This document shows positions 41,780-54,872 of a stretch of 64,000 bases of DNA, one piece after another. Made by a program: the position numbers and the translations under genes. The first letter of the stretch is position 1, and the number at the start of each line of letters is the position of its first letter. Under the pieces are notes generated by a model that saw only the letters and a program-made list of their open reading frames with translations, had not been told where the DNA came from and ran no database searches. Source of the stretch: Lepidodermella squamata (lineage: Eukaryota > Animalia > Gastrotricha); contig JBLDXI010000020.1 of the NCBI GenBank assembly GCA_047495785.1, forward strand, positions 2,542,001-2,606,000. Reading direction: 5' to 3'.

Positions 41780-43911
41780 TCATTCCACAATAGACGAAGA
41801 CATATCATATCCCATCGACACGCTGCATCATTCAAACCGTAAAACGATGCGCCAAGACCGAATCCAAAAGAGCTGCTTTACTCTATTAACATATTTAATT
41901 TACAATTATCAATTACCTATAGTTGTTGAATAAGTTAGTCATTAATTCAGAAGTACACTGAAGGCTATTCGACGTTGACTGAAATTCATCAGCAAAGAAT
42001 ATTATGTATGAAAGTGCGCTGAACTAAGATGCGAGTTGTCCTTAACGAGAAACTGGAACTCTGGAACCAACGTATGGATCCAGCGTTTGACCTCAACATA
42101 CTCGAGAGTATGTCCCCAAAAGATTCCGGCTTTTAAGGTTGACACCCTCTGTGAAAAAATGCTATAAATCTCCCAAAATTGGGTTCTTGAAATTGTCATT
42201 AAAAATTGTAATAAATTATTTTTCATGGAAGTTGTTAAATGTCGGTGGGAAAATTTATTTATCAAGCCGCGCAAATTATAAAAAAATTGGGCGCAACAGT
42301 TCCATCGTTGTTCGCATGCTAATGGTGACTGTATTGTGTGACATTTTTGTAAGACTTAGTATCATATCCTCTCAACTCATGTAATTTGAGTAACGTTTAA
42401 GAAATATGTTAGAGTCTGGGGCTTTAACAATAAAACGCATTCATTCATTCATTGTTCGCATGCTGGCGCACGCTTACAATAGCTTCAGTTATTCCCGTGT
42501 TTTTTATTTCGCTGACCGAACTTACAAGTAATTTTCAATCAACCATGTGTGGCCTTGTGTTGCAGTCTTTAATTTAATAATTAACCGAAAATTTCGCACC
42601 CGATGTCAGTCGATAACTTTGAGCCGCGGGAATCTAACAACTCGCTGCTGCGATTTTGACAAATTTCCAAGCGCGGCTTCACGATTTATCAATCCTATTC
42701 GGATGGCGTCATGAATTACCTGAAGTTTTGCTGAACGTCAGCCATTTTGCTGACATCGGTTTCAAGCTGCTAATCGACTTATTTGGTTCGTTGCCGATTT
42801 TCGGAAAAATATCATGCCAGTTTCCCGAGATTTCAACTGCCGTAATTTACAGTTCGGCTCAGACCAAACCCCAGAAGCTATGAAAATTGCGTATAAAACG
42901 GCCTATTGGATTCAGTTTTCTCGCGACCGGCTTTATCAATGTCATAGCTGGAATTAAGAATCGCGGATTCGGATGGTGATTTTATCGAAACGATAATCAG
43001 CCTAAATTTGGATAATTTAGACCAATATGAGAAGCGCAAAGAAAATACTAGCGCAAATGTTTCATTATGCAATTCGCCGATAAACATGCTCCATGAGGTT
43101 CTCGGATCACGTTTGCTTGATGCTTTTTCTAAATAGCGGTCGAAATTGTTCCAAATCGGTATTTTCAATCAACATTTGTTTCAACATTTTGTCTCTAAAT
43201 TGGATTTTAAAGTTATCGATTGCGGCGAGGCGGCGGTTTCGATCGGCAATTTGAACGACTATTGCAGAGCCGAGGAACCACTGCAATGCACTTGAGATTT
43301 GGCTGCTATTATCCGCTAGGTAAGAATATCAACATTTTTCATTTTTATTCATCTTTCGTGCTTTTCTCGCGTGTTATGCGAATTAGACTGCGATAGCTGA
43401 GAGGGCAAATTTGTGTTGGCCAAGACCGAATCGGCGTGCAATTTCCATTTTCCGAGGATTCAAAGTATTTAATTTGGTAATTTAATTTCTAAGTATATTT
43501 CCGAATTTGACTGGAGGGGTCTAACTTGGCGAATTCAAGCTTATACTTTTCTGAAGAAGTAGCCAATATGGCACGTCCATCTATGGAGTGGTTTTCGCGT
43601 GGCATGCGCTCAAAGTTGCAAGGGTAGCCGGTAGCCGGTAACTTTGAACATGCTTTAAGGATAATTTTTTTTAGCTTTAGCGTGCAAAGCTGCGAGGTTC
43701 AATTTCGAACACCCATTTTCGAAGAACTTTCTGAATTTTTAGCAAAAAACAGAAACCTAAAATTATACTACTCCAACAATATTTACGTGCAAATTTATTC
43801 AGGGGCAGGAGAACTTCAACAAATTAGATAGGTAGAGCTCTAAATTCAAATCCCATCGACGAGTTAATTTCTGACTTATCAACTGCATATTATTGAATGG
43901 AACGGAATTAT

Positions 43912-44955
43912 TCAAAATTTCGATACCACCAGCTCGGAAACCAGCGACGATGTTGCTATAGCACAGGGTGGAGTGAGACCTCTTTTAAGAGGAGTTTCAA
44001 TAAGCTGTTTCAGGAAGACCGGAAAATATTTCAGAGCCGTCAAACCCCTGAACCTATTGCGCCGCATTGCCCAGCCGCATGCCCAGCCCTCTTTAGCAAG
44101 GCCAAAACATGATAGATCTATCATTTGGAACATGTCCGTTAAGCCAGGTGGAAATCGAATTAGCTCCATATTTTGCTCCACAGCTAACTTACAAACCTCA
44201 TACGACAGGTGATATCCGTGACCATCCAAAAGGATAAAAACCTGATAGAAATGTCGTTATTCTGATCAAAGTTAATTAAAAGAATAAATAATTACTGGGT
44301 GCGAATTATTGTAAGTTGACTTTGCCCAAGGAAACGATATTACGTCTCTGCATTGGTTGAAAAATACGTCAGAGGTAACCCAACCGCTCGCCGAAGAAGT
44401 GTAGGCATAGTCGCCATCACCGAAGTGGGTCTATTATTCTAGTGGCAACGTGTCGTTGTTCGCCCATTTTTACACAACAACAGGTGGTGATCGGTTTTCA
44501 GCCATATCACCGCCGAAAAAACGGTAACCATATCCTTATCCTGATATTCACGGGTGGCGTGTCGGACAGAATCTTTCCCTCAAGAAGCCCCCTCCAGTCT
44601 TTGATGATCTCGGCATTCGGGCGGTGGTAAAATGGGCTTGTTTGACGGAATTCGCAAAGACAGCTGATTTCGCTTAATTAAAGCGTTGAACCATTCATCG
44701 GTGAGATCAGTACCAACAATCTTCGAGGCTATTTCCAGCACTTCATTTTTCGATAGAGGCATGACCAGGATTGCATCGTTTGAACTAAGGCGGCGAGATT
44801 GGCCTCTTCCTATAGCACCGTTAGAACGCTCGTGCAAATTGTGGACTCGATTATGGAATGTGCCTATCGAAACACTCATTATAGACTTGCCGAAATCCCT
44901 TTATTCCAGACTTCACGATGGCCACAGCCTGGGACATATATTTAAAATTATTTAA
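43912..44955 (-). mobile_element. Decayed pogo/Tigger-like DDE transposase, element 1
   Basis: HTH-like GTFHNRVH, WFNALIKRNQLSLR; SSASGWVTSDVF; FILLDGHGYH...ELIRFPPGLTDMFQMIDLSCFG (DDE_1-like motifs); interrupted. Confidence 0.75.
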
Positions 44956-45036
44956 AATTAAACAATAAAAATATAAGTATTTAAATAAAAGTGTTTATTT
45001 ATTTAAAGAGCATGATATCCAAGTTTCGAAGCTCTA

Positions 45037-45418
45037 CAGCGTGTCCCAAAAGTTGCGCAAGTATATTTCAATTTGTAGACTTTTGTAGAAAATTCAACTA
45101 ACTTGATTAAATTCAACCTACCGAGAGAATATTCCATCTTTTATTCGCGATTTAATCGAAGAAATAAAAAATTCACCGGAGAAAACCCGGGAAACCCCGA
45201 TGGTAACTGGTTCGGTAATTTTCGGTATTATACCCGGTTGGACCAAATTTCTCGGGACTTTTTAATCCCATTAACATGTGACATACTTGATTAATGTTTT
45301 CGTGATTTTTTGAATTTTTCTAAAAAAAGTTCTTAACCTGAGATGCGACTCTTTCTCTCACTTTAGAGTTTCTGATCGCTTTCCCCCGAATTGTTTGCGT
45401 TACTTTTGGGACACGTTA
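45037..45418. mobile_element. Tc1/mariner-type MITE, copy 2
   Basis: TA|CAGCGTGTCCCAAAAGT ... ACTTTTGGGACACGTTA|TA; homologous to 1544-1875. Confidence 0.8.
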
Positions 45419-45420
45419 TA

Positions 45421-46620
45421 CAAGAGGAAAGAAGTGCAGCCGCTCCTTGCAGAGCGTCATAGATATTCATAGTCGGAAGTTGCATTTTATTTGAAAAGCG
45501 CATAGGCGCATATGGAACAGCAATGTTGAAGAACCAATCCTCGAAAGTGCTTATCTCGAACCATCCGCTTTTCGAGATTGAGAGTCTTGTCTTTGCCGGG
45601 GCTCTCACGCAGCGCTTTCTTACTGCGGTAGCATACGTAAGTATTCATCATACATGAGCAAAACATGAGAGAAATGCTGCCTTTGGTTGAATTTAGGTTC
45701 CGGCCCTGACGTTTGGATTTACGGCGGAGACACGGTTTTTTCTCTTACCCGTTAGTAACGTTGGTCTTATCATAATTGACTATAAACCTTAAACCTCGTG
45801 AAAAAGCTCAAGTTCAATAACAAAGAAACAAAGATGATGTTTGTAAGTTTGTAGGATCAGTATAAAAATATAAAAATATGGAAGCTTGTCTTCAGGTGTC
45901 AGGCGACGGTGCTCGAGTTGAGTTCTTTTTGTTGTAATAGTAGATGACGGTAGACCAGGTTTCTGCACTGGTCAGCAGTTTTGGAGATGCGGATGCGGTC
46001 GGGGAGGGAATTCCAGAACACCGATCCATGGTGGGCCAAACAACGATCCAGTTCCGGTTCGCGGCGGCGTTACGGTTACGTTCAGTCAAATAATCTGTCA
46101 TAGACCTAACATTTTCGGCGGTAACGGTTGTATTTCCAGCGAAGTAGAGCTGCGCCACCTGAGCAGACCTAACATTTTCGGCGGTAACGGTTGTATTTCC
46201 AGCGAAGTAGAGCTGCGCCACCTGAGCAGACCTAACATTTTCGGCGGTAACGGTTGTATTTCCAGCGAAGTAGAGCTGCGCCACCTGAGCATCCTTCAAA
46301 GTTTCGCGAAGGTTAGTGTAGAAGGTACCAAGTTTTTCTCGCGACAATTCGGCCTCTGCTATAACCTACGAGAAATCCGTAGCGCCAGTCGACGCCAGGC
46401 AAATTATCATATAAATATAAAGGCTTGATGGTCATTCCTTTGGCATCAAGATAAGATTTAACCAGCAAGCGGACGGCTTCGCCTTCAAGAGGTAAACCGA
46501 AATCGCCCACTATGCCCACAGTAAGGTCCGTTCAACGTCTTCAGAAAGAGCACATGGACGACCAGACGCTACCGATTCCGATTTCTATGCTAACCTCTGC
46601 AGGGTGGAGCAGCGACCAAG
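45421..46620 (-). mobile_element. Decayed pogo-like transposase, element 2
   Basis: GDFGLPL...VRLLVKSYLD...DNLPGVDWRYGFL (CENP-B HTH-like), FYTNLRETL, VNYDKTNVT, SKSGWFEISTFEDWFFNIAVPY; interrupted. Confidence 0.65.
46102..46290. repeat. Perfect 63-bp tandem repeat, three copies
   Basis: agacctaacattttcggcggtaacggttgtatttccagcgaagtagagctgcgccacctgagc repeated three times. Confidence 0.95.
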
Positions 46621-49600
46621 CAAACTTTTGTTAGATTTTGTCTGACGATAGCCACTTTGTGGCCGAAGCGTCGCACGGTGTAACATCTACCGAGAAACTT
46701 ATGTCAATAAATGACTCGAAGCTGCAAAATTATGTTGCTAAAGTATCGACCTTCTGTAATTATCGAAAATTAAGTGTTCTTCAACTGTTGTAAGCGCGTA
46801 AAGGCGGAACTTCGAATTAAAGCTTGAATATTTCTATACATCGGGCCAATTTTCAAATTCGATAGACTGCCGTTTTTTAAAACACGAAACAAAATAATTT
46901 TCAACTTTATTGACATTTTTTTAGATTCCTGATGGCTCTTGGACATCGATTGGGTCGATTTTCCGATGGGGAAGAATCTAGTCAAAACATTCCTAACAGA
47001 TGTATAAGACTGACGAAATGTTGTTCCTCTTCACTGCGTTCATAACGCTCAATGCTTGCTCTCAATTAGCTATTCTTTCAAGTCGTGAATATATCTTGAT
47101 AGCAAGGTAAGGCCACCTCTTTTATTCTCTGTTGTCCTTCCTAGATTTAACAATTATTTCAGAGTTTTCAAAGTTTTTTAATCAAAATGTTCTCATTTGT
47201 TAGGGCAGCAGCTGGGTCAGTTTTTTGCGGGTTCGACGGCTGTTTGAGCGCGGTCACCATAAAACGAATCTTCTTCATAAATGGCTTATATTGCCTGCTT
47301 GGAAACTAGGCAGCATTATTCATCGGAATCTTCGCCGGTGTTTCTAACATTATTTATCCTGGGGTCTTGTGAAACTAAAAGTCGACGATGCAGTCGATGC
47401 TGTTCCTCGCGAATAATTTGGCAAACTCTCAATGAAGAAACATGCCACTCTGTTCGGGTGGTAGCTATGCCGGTTGCTTCTCATTGGCATTTTTCAATCT
47501 CAATTAAGGCAAGTTTTTTAATTTTTGCATTGACAAGATGAATTATATAAAGCCGAAATGTCCTCATTTGCTCAATTGGAGGAATTCAACTAAAATAATG
47601 GTATTAAATCATGATCGTTATCTACTCTAACCTTGAGGTTGACTCGGTAATTGAGTTGGAAATAACTGTGTGAAGCTTGCGTTTTTATGGTAATCAATAA
47701 AATGAAAAACGATTATCTGTTGGGTATCTCTCAACATAGAACCGCTAATGTCTGATAGATTGTTTTATCTGTATTCAGCTCGGGCCACAAATGAGAGCGT
47801 CGTAGTAATTACTAAAGTCGATTCGCTTAATCGATTGGTGTTATTCCGGGAAAATCGAAAATGCCGGTGTGTCTGAAACTAGGTCTACATACCTGGTACA
47901 CGAGGCAATTGAATTTTTCAGAAAAAACTGATGCAAACGTATTTTTTCTCGCAGCTGGAAACATTTAAAATTAATTCCTAGCGTTAATTATTTATTTTCC
48001 ACGAATCGACAAATAATAGTGTAGCTAAAATTAGTGCTTTCATATTTCGCCTGGTGAGCAACAGCGTTGTGGTCGGATGAGGCTCTCCTGGCCTAATTTT
48101 GGGCGCTGAAAACGATGGCATGAATAAAATCCCGGAGTAAAATGTATGGTTTAGCCGTCGATGATTCATCAGACGATTTGAGAAATAATCACCCTACCGT
48201 TGCCAACTAATAAAGCGGCCGGTGGAAATGCTAGCAAAAAATAGGTAAAGCAAATAGCATGGAAATAGTATCGCAAACAATTGAGCTAAATAATTTCAGC
48301 GGGTCTCGCGCCTAATTTATTTTTCAGTGCAATAGACTCTTGTCGGTTTTTAGGTGTCAATTGACCTGTCAACATGAATGAAGCGCGTGAAGTAATGTTC
48401 AGTGTACACAACTGCATCTTTTTCCTCATATAATAGCATTTATTCCTCGTTGAGAAGTTAGCGTCAACAAACATTGCCTGATCTAATATTATTGCGCTGT
48501 AAGCGCGTGAATTTAGCCGCCATCGTATTTAATCACACAATAAAATCGCGCGTCGGTCAAGAGATCAACATTGTTGATAGCGTGTGGAGGAGGGCTTCTG
48601 CACAGGCACAAACAATATCTTCGACTCCACTTTTCATCGATTTTTCGCGACCCTACAATGCGCTAACTTCAAAGCCAGCTCACGCTGATTTTCAGTCACT
48701 GTCATTCGAAAATGCCAATTTAGAAACTATCGCAATATATGTATATTGCACAATTGATCTGCGATGGCCAGCGTAGAAAAAACTGCGTGTAATGAAAAAT
48801 CGAATATGTCAATATATTGTTATACTACTAGTATTATACTAGTATTATTATACTACCCACGCACTCTCAAATTGTACTGCGTCACGATGAATCATCGATA
48901 AAAAAGACGACAAATAGTAATAATTTTATTATCCTTCATTTATTTATCCAACTTCAGCCGCCTCAAAATTCAGCCTGGTTCCAAAAAACATGAAATCAAT
49001 AGGACATGATCATATCATCTTCAATTTTTCACAGCTACGGACGAGAACTTCACCAAAAAAAGAAAATTACATAGGGTGGTCAATTCATATCAATTTTTCG
49101 CAGAAAAAGCGAATTTCTCACACCACTATCGAATGTTTTCAAACGGAATTACAAGAATAAAGTCTTCAACAGAATATACATATCATAAATATAACAGGGT
49201 GTAGCACATCAAGAACCGTTACATCTTGTGAGAGACAACTATTACATCAGTAAAAAACTGTGTCTTTTTTGGCCTGGGGCGAACACTCGTTTCAAGGAAG
49301 TTGAATGAACTGAAAAATATTAACCGCATCTCTCACACCTTAATTTAGCTGAAAACCGAAACATACACCAACACTTTTTGTTAATATATAGAAGAAAGAT
49401 CGCCGTATTTTTTCGAATGTGGTCTTTTTGTTTCATACAAAAGTCATGCAATTCCTTTGCTTTCTTTGCGTATCAAAAATGGCGGCTGAACTCACGCCTA
49501 ACGATTTTTCTTGCGCATATGGAACCTTACATGCAAAAGACTAGTAAAGGGTAATACACAACACATATAATATAGAGACGAGCCAGTGCAACAAAGCTAA

Positions 49601-49929
49601 GCGTGCTATTGTTGTTGAAATTGTCGAATAACAAATCTACAGAATTATATTGCAAATAAAGTTGTGTTATTATCATCACCAGCTCAAATTCACATTAAAT
49701 AAATATGTGTATACTCAGTATCTACCAATGGGAGATGAAGGCGATAAATAAGCAGATCTGGGATTCACTTTTAACGATAAATATAGGTTAATATTTCAGG
49801 CAACAGACGACGCGTTAAATTAAGGAGGAAAATCACAAAAAATCCTGTAGTGACGATTTTTAAGGAGGATTTCTCACTGCTACGCTTTTCAATACATTTT
49901 TGAGTGATTTTTTCAGATGACTACTTTTT

Positions 49930-52763
49930 TCAGACGATTTTATTCCCTTCAGTGCCTTTCCGAGAAGGTGAGCCTTCTGGAGGAAAGCCGACAAAGCGTG
50001 ACTTGGCGCCACCGCCCGGCGGACGGGTGACCAGGCGCCTGTCAATAATGTCGTCCTCATCGTCCTCGTCCGTCAAATCTTCAAAACCACTGTTATTTTT
50101 CTTGTTATTGCCACGTTTTACAGCCGCATCGCCAACTAGAAGCGAATATTGCGCGGAATAGTCGCCGTTTTTCGATCCGCGGGGAGGGCGACGGGTGTTC
50201 GGGTTACCGCCACGGCGACGGCACACGCGACAAACCAAGACGGTGATGACAATAACGACGCAGAGTGACAACACGAACACGAGGAGGCCGATGAAGGATG
50301 ATGGCGATTTAACCGAATCCGATATCCAGTTGATGATCTGCTTGTTTTTGTCGTAGATCTGCGACATGAAGCCACTCTGTGCGCTGCCATCGTCCATAGT
50401 CGCGGCGAGCCCGCATGATCCAAGCAGGGAGACCTGGTAACGCAGCAATTGATCCGGCTGCCATTTGTCGAAAATTTGGCCGATGTAAATCTGACCAGCG
50501 TTCGAGTCAACAACCATCGTATGAGCAGCTTCAGCGCCCTATTTTAAAATCAAAAGTAGAGGGGTTAAATTCAACCATTTGCAAGACAAACCGTAGGCAA
50601 TGGGACGACATCGACGACTTTCTTTTCAGTTGGGCTAATGAAAAACATCGCGCCAGGGCGACCCATAGCCGACTGGTTCAGGGCTAAAATAGCGGTTTGT
50701 TGACAGGCAAGAGGCTGGAAAACGCCCAGGGCATACAGCCTGGTTCCATCAGGGTTCGGCTCGACAACCCAAGAAACAACCAGCGTGTCGCGATTCACAG
50801 CGAAAACACGGCCATTTTCACGATCAGCGGCGAAAATCAGTTGAGACACGTGGTCATAGACAACATCATGAACGACATGGGCGGCCGTTTTGTTAACGAG
50901 CGGGACTGATAGAGCAATTTTGCCAGATGGTGAAACGCTCAGAAGACGCGAGTTGCAATAACCGTCGGCGATAACAGCGGTTCCGTCAGGCAACGTGGCA
51001 ACTCCGGCTGGTTGGCAAAAGTGGCTTTCGTCACTTCCAGGCTCGAAAGCTTCGCCCAACACCAAGTTTGGCTTAACCTCGAATTTCGATTTATCAGGTC
51101 GGTTCATCACTTCTTTGTAGTCGTAGCGGAAAACTTGATGCAAGGCCACATCAGTCAGCCAAATAGCGTTACTCTTTTGGCAGACAGTGATGCCATGGGG
51201 TAGGTAGAAAGTATTTCCGCCAAATGCGTCGATAACAGTGCCATTCGGCGACACGACTAAAATGGCGTTCTCAGCGATGGGACCTTCAGTTTTGTGGGCG
51301 AAGTGATTCGTCTGGTCGAAGGTGTAGGCGTTCCAGGTACGAGGGCCGCGATGGAAAACGAACAAGTTACCGGCGTCGTCTTTAGAAACGCCTCCGACTT
51401 GCCCAATGATAGGGAATTTTTCGGAACGCATCGCAGTTGACCAGGTCGTGTCGCGATTTATTTCGAATTTCCACTTCAGTTCTTGGTGTTTTTCCTCAGC
51501 ATGCATGCTGTGGTCCATATGGGCGTGATCTTCAGGAGTCATGCTGCCACCACTCATGCCGGCGTGGTTGTGACCACCGTGGGCGTGAACGTGACCATCG
51601 CCAACAAAAGCTAGCTCAGTTTTGTCGGGCTCGGGTAGGGGGAGAGCCGCACTCGGGTCGTCGCAGGTGTTGTAAGTATAATCAGGATCTTCAGTGTAAA
51701 ACATCAAATAGGCATTGCACATCTCGTCACTTCGAGTGCTCCTGTAATACAATAAATGCTGATATTTGAGCTTCTAGAGACAGGTATCATCGAACTAACC
51801 CCATGCCGATAGCATGATCAGTGTTAGAAGCATCGAAAATGCAACGAGCAGCAACCTCAAGCCCATTTTCAAAACGCACTGGAGCAGGTAGCGGGTAAAA
51901 GGCCTGAGCACGCTGTGGGCTGCGTTCAACGATGGTTTCCCAGTGGCTGTTGTTGTAGGCAAACACTCCGATGGCCTTGCCTAATATGTAAAAAATATTG
52001 TTATAATAACAAAATCTTAGACCCAAGTAGCCTACCCAAAGAATGCGCGTGAACTCGGACGGCGAAGACGTAGATAGGCTGTTCAACCTCCATCGTGCAT
52101 TTCAGCACCGCACGAGCATCTATGGGTTCATGTTATTATCAGTGTTTGCTATACTATAATGGTTACTCACCTTTTTCTTGAGGCTGGATGCGGAATAGCG
52201 ATGATGCAAAGAGATAGATACCAGCGGTGTATTTGGTCCTAGGATTCAAATTAAATTATACCTGGGTGTTACAACTTTCCTGAAACTTACTTTTCTGACT
52301 GGTAAGTTAAAACGAGCCCTGAAGAGTCCTTGTTCTCAGGAGTTTTGAACTTATCTTTGTAATGAACTTGAATGACAACATATTTCCAGCCAGAGTTGAC
52401 GCCAAGTTGAAATGAAACGTCTTTGGGAAGGTTAAGCTCCGGAGCTTCATTAGCCCAGGCGTAAATAATACGGGATCCGCCGCCGCTTGGGGACCAATCA
52501 CAAGGAACGTAGCAATTGCGACGAATTCCTGCCTGGGCTGCCTTGCAACCGTAGACTAGCATGTGATGGACAACTGTCTTATTCAGGTCAGGCTTGAAAT
52601 TGGTGACATAAATATTGTCTTCCTTCAGCTCATGAGTTTCGCAAATGTATTCGTCATCTTGTAGAGCAGCAACATCTTTCACGCCAATACGGACCTCTTC
52701 GGCGTAAACCAAAGAAGCCGCCATGAAAGCAAAGACAGCTAAATACTTCAATATACCGCCCAT
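49930..52763 (-). CDS. PAM: Bifunctional peptidylglycine alpha-amidating monooxygenase (PHM + PAL + TM + cytosolic tail), multi-exon
   Basis: Signal peptide; copper ligands VHHM, QVHY, RVHAHSLG, DEMC; PAL motifs VFHRG, YLPHG, FCQP, DGYCNSR, ADRENGR; TM helix and acidic tail GFEDLTDEDDEDD. Confidence 0.93.
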
Positions 52764-53773
52764 TCTAGACCAACATAAACACGGTTATCTTAATTCGACG
52801 GTTTTGAAACTGATGAAACTAGACTCGTTTCATTCGTATAAACGAAGAACTGAGTACTCGAGTGATTGAGTCAGCATAAAAAATCCAATCCAATTCCAAT
52901 TCAGTCCAATTCAGAAATTCAGAATTCAGAATCAGAAGTCGCCTGATGGGAGATGGGAAGGTTGAGGAGAAGGTTGCTCTAATATTAAAACTCACTTGTA
53001 ACCCTCTGTTAAACATTAATATCTATTTATTTTTCAAAGAACTTAAGTGTAAATGGCTAAAGGTTAAATTCTATCATAAATTAATTTCGCCAAAAAAATT
53101 ATTTACACTTTTCTGACGAACGAATGAATTTGCTCGCGTGTCTTGCGCGGCAAACTTGGCCTTATAATGAGTTTGGAGACCCCTTGCCTCTGGCGCTTAA
53201 ATCCAACGTTTCTGTCCTTGGCCTCCATTATATCTAGTATCTAGCATCTATATAAATGTGACTCAAGTGAAATGAGTAGTTCATTTAAGTTTAGGGCGGA
53301 CACTCAGGTTCTGCGCTGATAACCTCATTTTTACTATCTCAACAATGCATCAATTTTCTTACATTGGTGTAAATAAACGGTTGAAATAATAGTTTGAAGC
53401 ATGAAGCTTGGAACCATTATAATGAGTTGAGTTATTTTCAGGATTAAGGCTTGAGGCAAATATAATTTTCATGCGCATGTGACTGGCGCGCTAGTTTCCA
53501 ACTTTTCGTTTTGTCTTTTCGATTCTGGTATCTTATATCTGCCATGGTAGATCTTGCATCTGATAAAAGCCATTCTAAGTAGAGATGATGTGATAGATTT
53601 TGAGAGTTAAGGTTAGCGAAGATGTTATTGCAAAGTGCAATACCTTTTCGCGAAGGCTAATTTTACGTGTATTTCATATTGTGTCTGTTTGCGCTTCTGA
53701 AACTACGAGAGGAACTGAAATTTTGAATTTATCGGTTCATTCTTTGAATAGGTTCTCATTTTAATTTTGAGTC

Positions 53774-54607
53774 ATGGCTCGTCGTTACGATACTCGAACT
53801 ACCATTTTTTCTCCTGAAGGTCGTCTTTACCAAGTCGAGTATGCCATCGAAGCTATCGGAAATGCTGGCACTTGTCTCGGCATCCTTGCCAATGACGGAA
53901 TTGTTCTCGCTGCGGAACGACGAAACATTCACAAATTGCTTGATGAAGAGGAAATGTCCGAAAAGTTCTACGTCCTTGACGAGTGCGTTTTGCTGCTATT
54001 GCTCCATCAATAATGACTTCATATTTTCTTTAGGCACATTGTTTGTGGCGTTTCTGGAATCACTTCCGATGCAAACGTCCTCATCAACGAGCTGCGCTTG
54101 ATTGCTCAACGTTACAAGTTGCAATATCACGAAAGCATCCCTGTTGAACAGCTCGTTATTCATCTCTGTGATATCAAGCAAGCATACACGCAATACGGTG
54201 GCAAACGCCCATTTGGTGCTTCCTTTTTGTACGCCGGCTGGGACAACGTTTACAAGCTTCAGCTGTACCAGTCTGATCCCAGTGGAAATTACAGTGGCTG
54301 GAAGGCTACTTGCATCGGCCAGAATGCTTCTACTGGCATCAGTATGCTGAAACAAGATTACAAGGAGGGTGAAATGACGGTTGACTCTGCCCTCCTACTC
54401 GCCTGCAAGGTTCTTAGCAAGACCTTGGACATCACCAAGTTGACTGCTGAACGAGTCGAAATCTCGACTCTGCGTTGTGTTGACCCAAAGACTGGCCAGC
54501 TTGCAATCCAAATTCTCAGCAACGCTGAAGTTGAAAAGCTTGTGCAGACTTTTGAAGCTAGCCAAGCTGCTCAACAGCCGGCCGCCAGTGGAGCTGCTCA
54601 GAAATAG
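53774..54607 (+). CDS. PSMA4: Proteasome subunit alpha type-4 (alpha3), 2 exons
   Basis: [54 protein letters not shown]. Confidence 0.97.
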
Positions 54608-54872
54608 AAAGGCTCGCGTTAAACGTGTCAGCCTCAAGCAGTTTTGATATAATGATAATATCCCGGTCTCGCTCTTACAACCCAAGAAACTAAGCAATTA
54701 GTGATTGCATGACGTTAAATTCCTGATCATTCCACTTGCGTCTTTGAGCTTCGTTTATCTTCTATTCAAAAGGAAACAACAAATAGAGCCGAAATTCGCG
54801 TCATGTTTGAAGAATAAAGATTTAATCTTGAGGAATGGTTTAATTTGTTACAGATTTTTTACTTCACTTAAA

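Noticed and set aside
46102-46290. CRISPR-like array
   Set aside because: Head-to-tail repeats with no spacers, in eukaryotic DNA.
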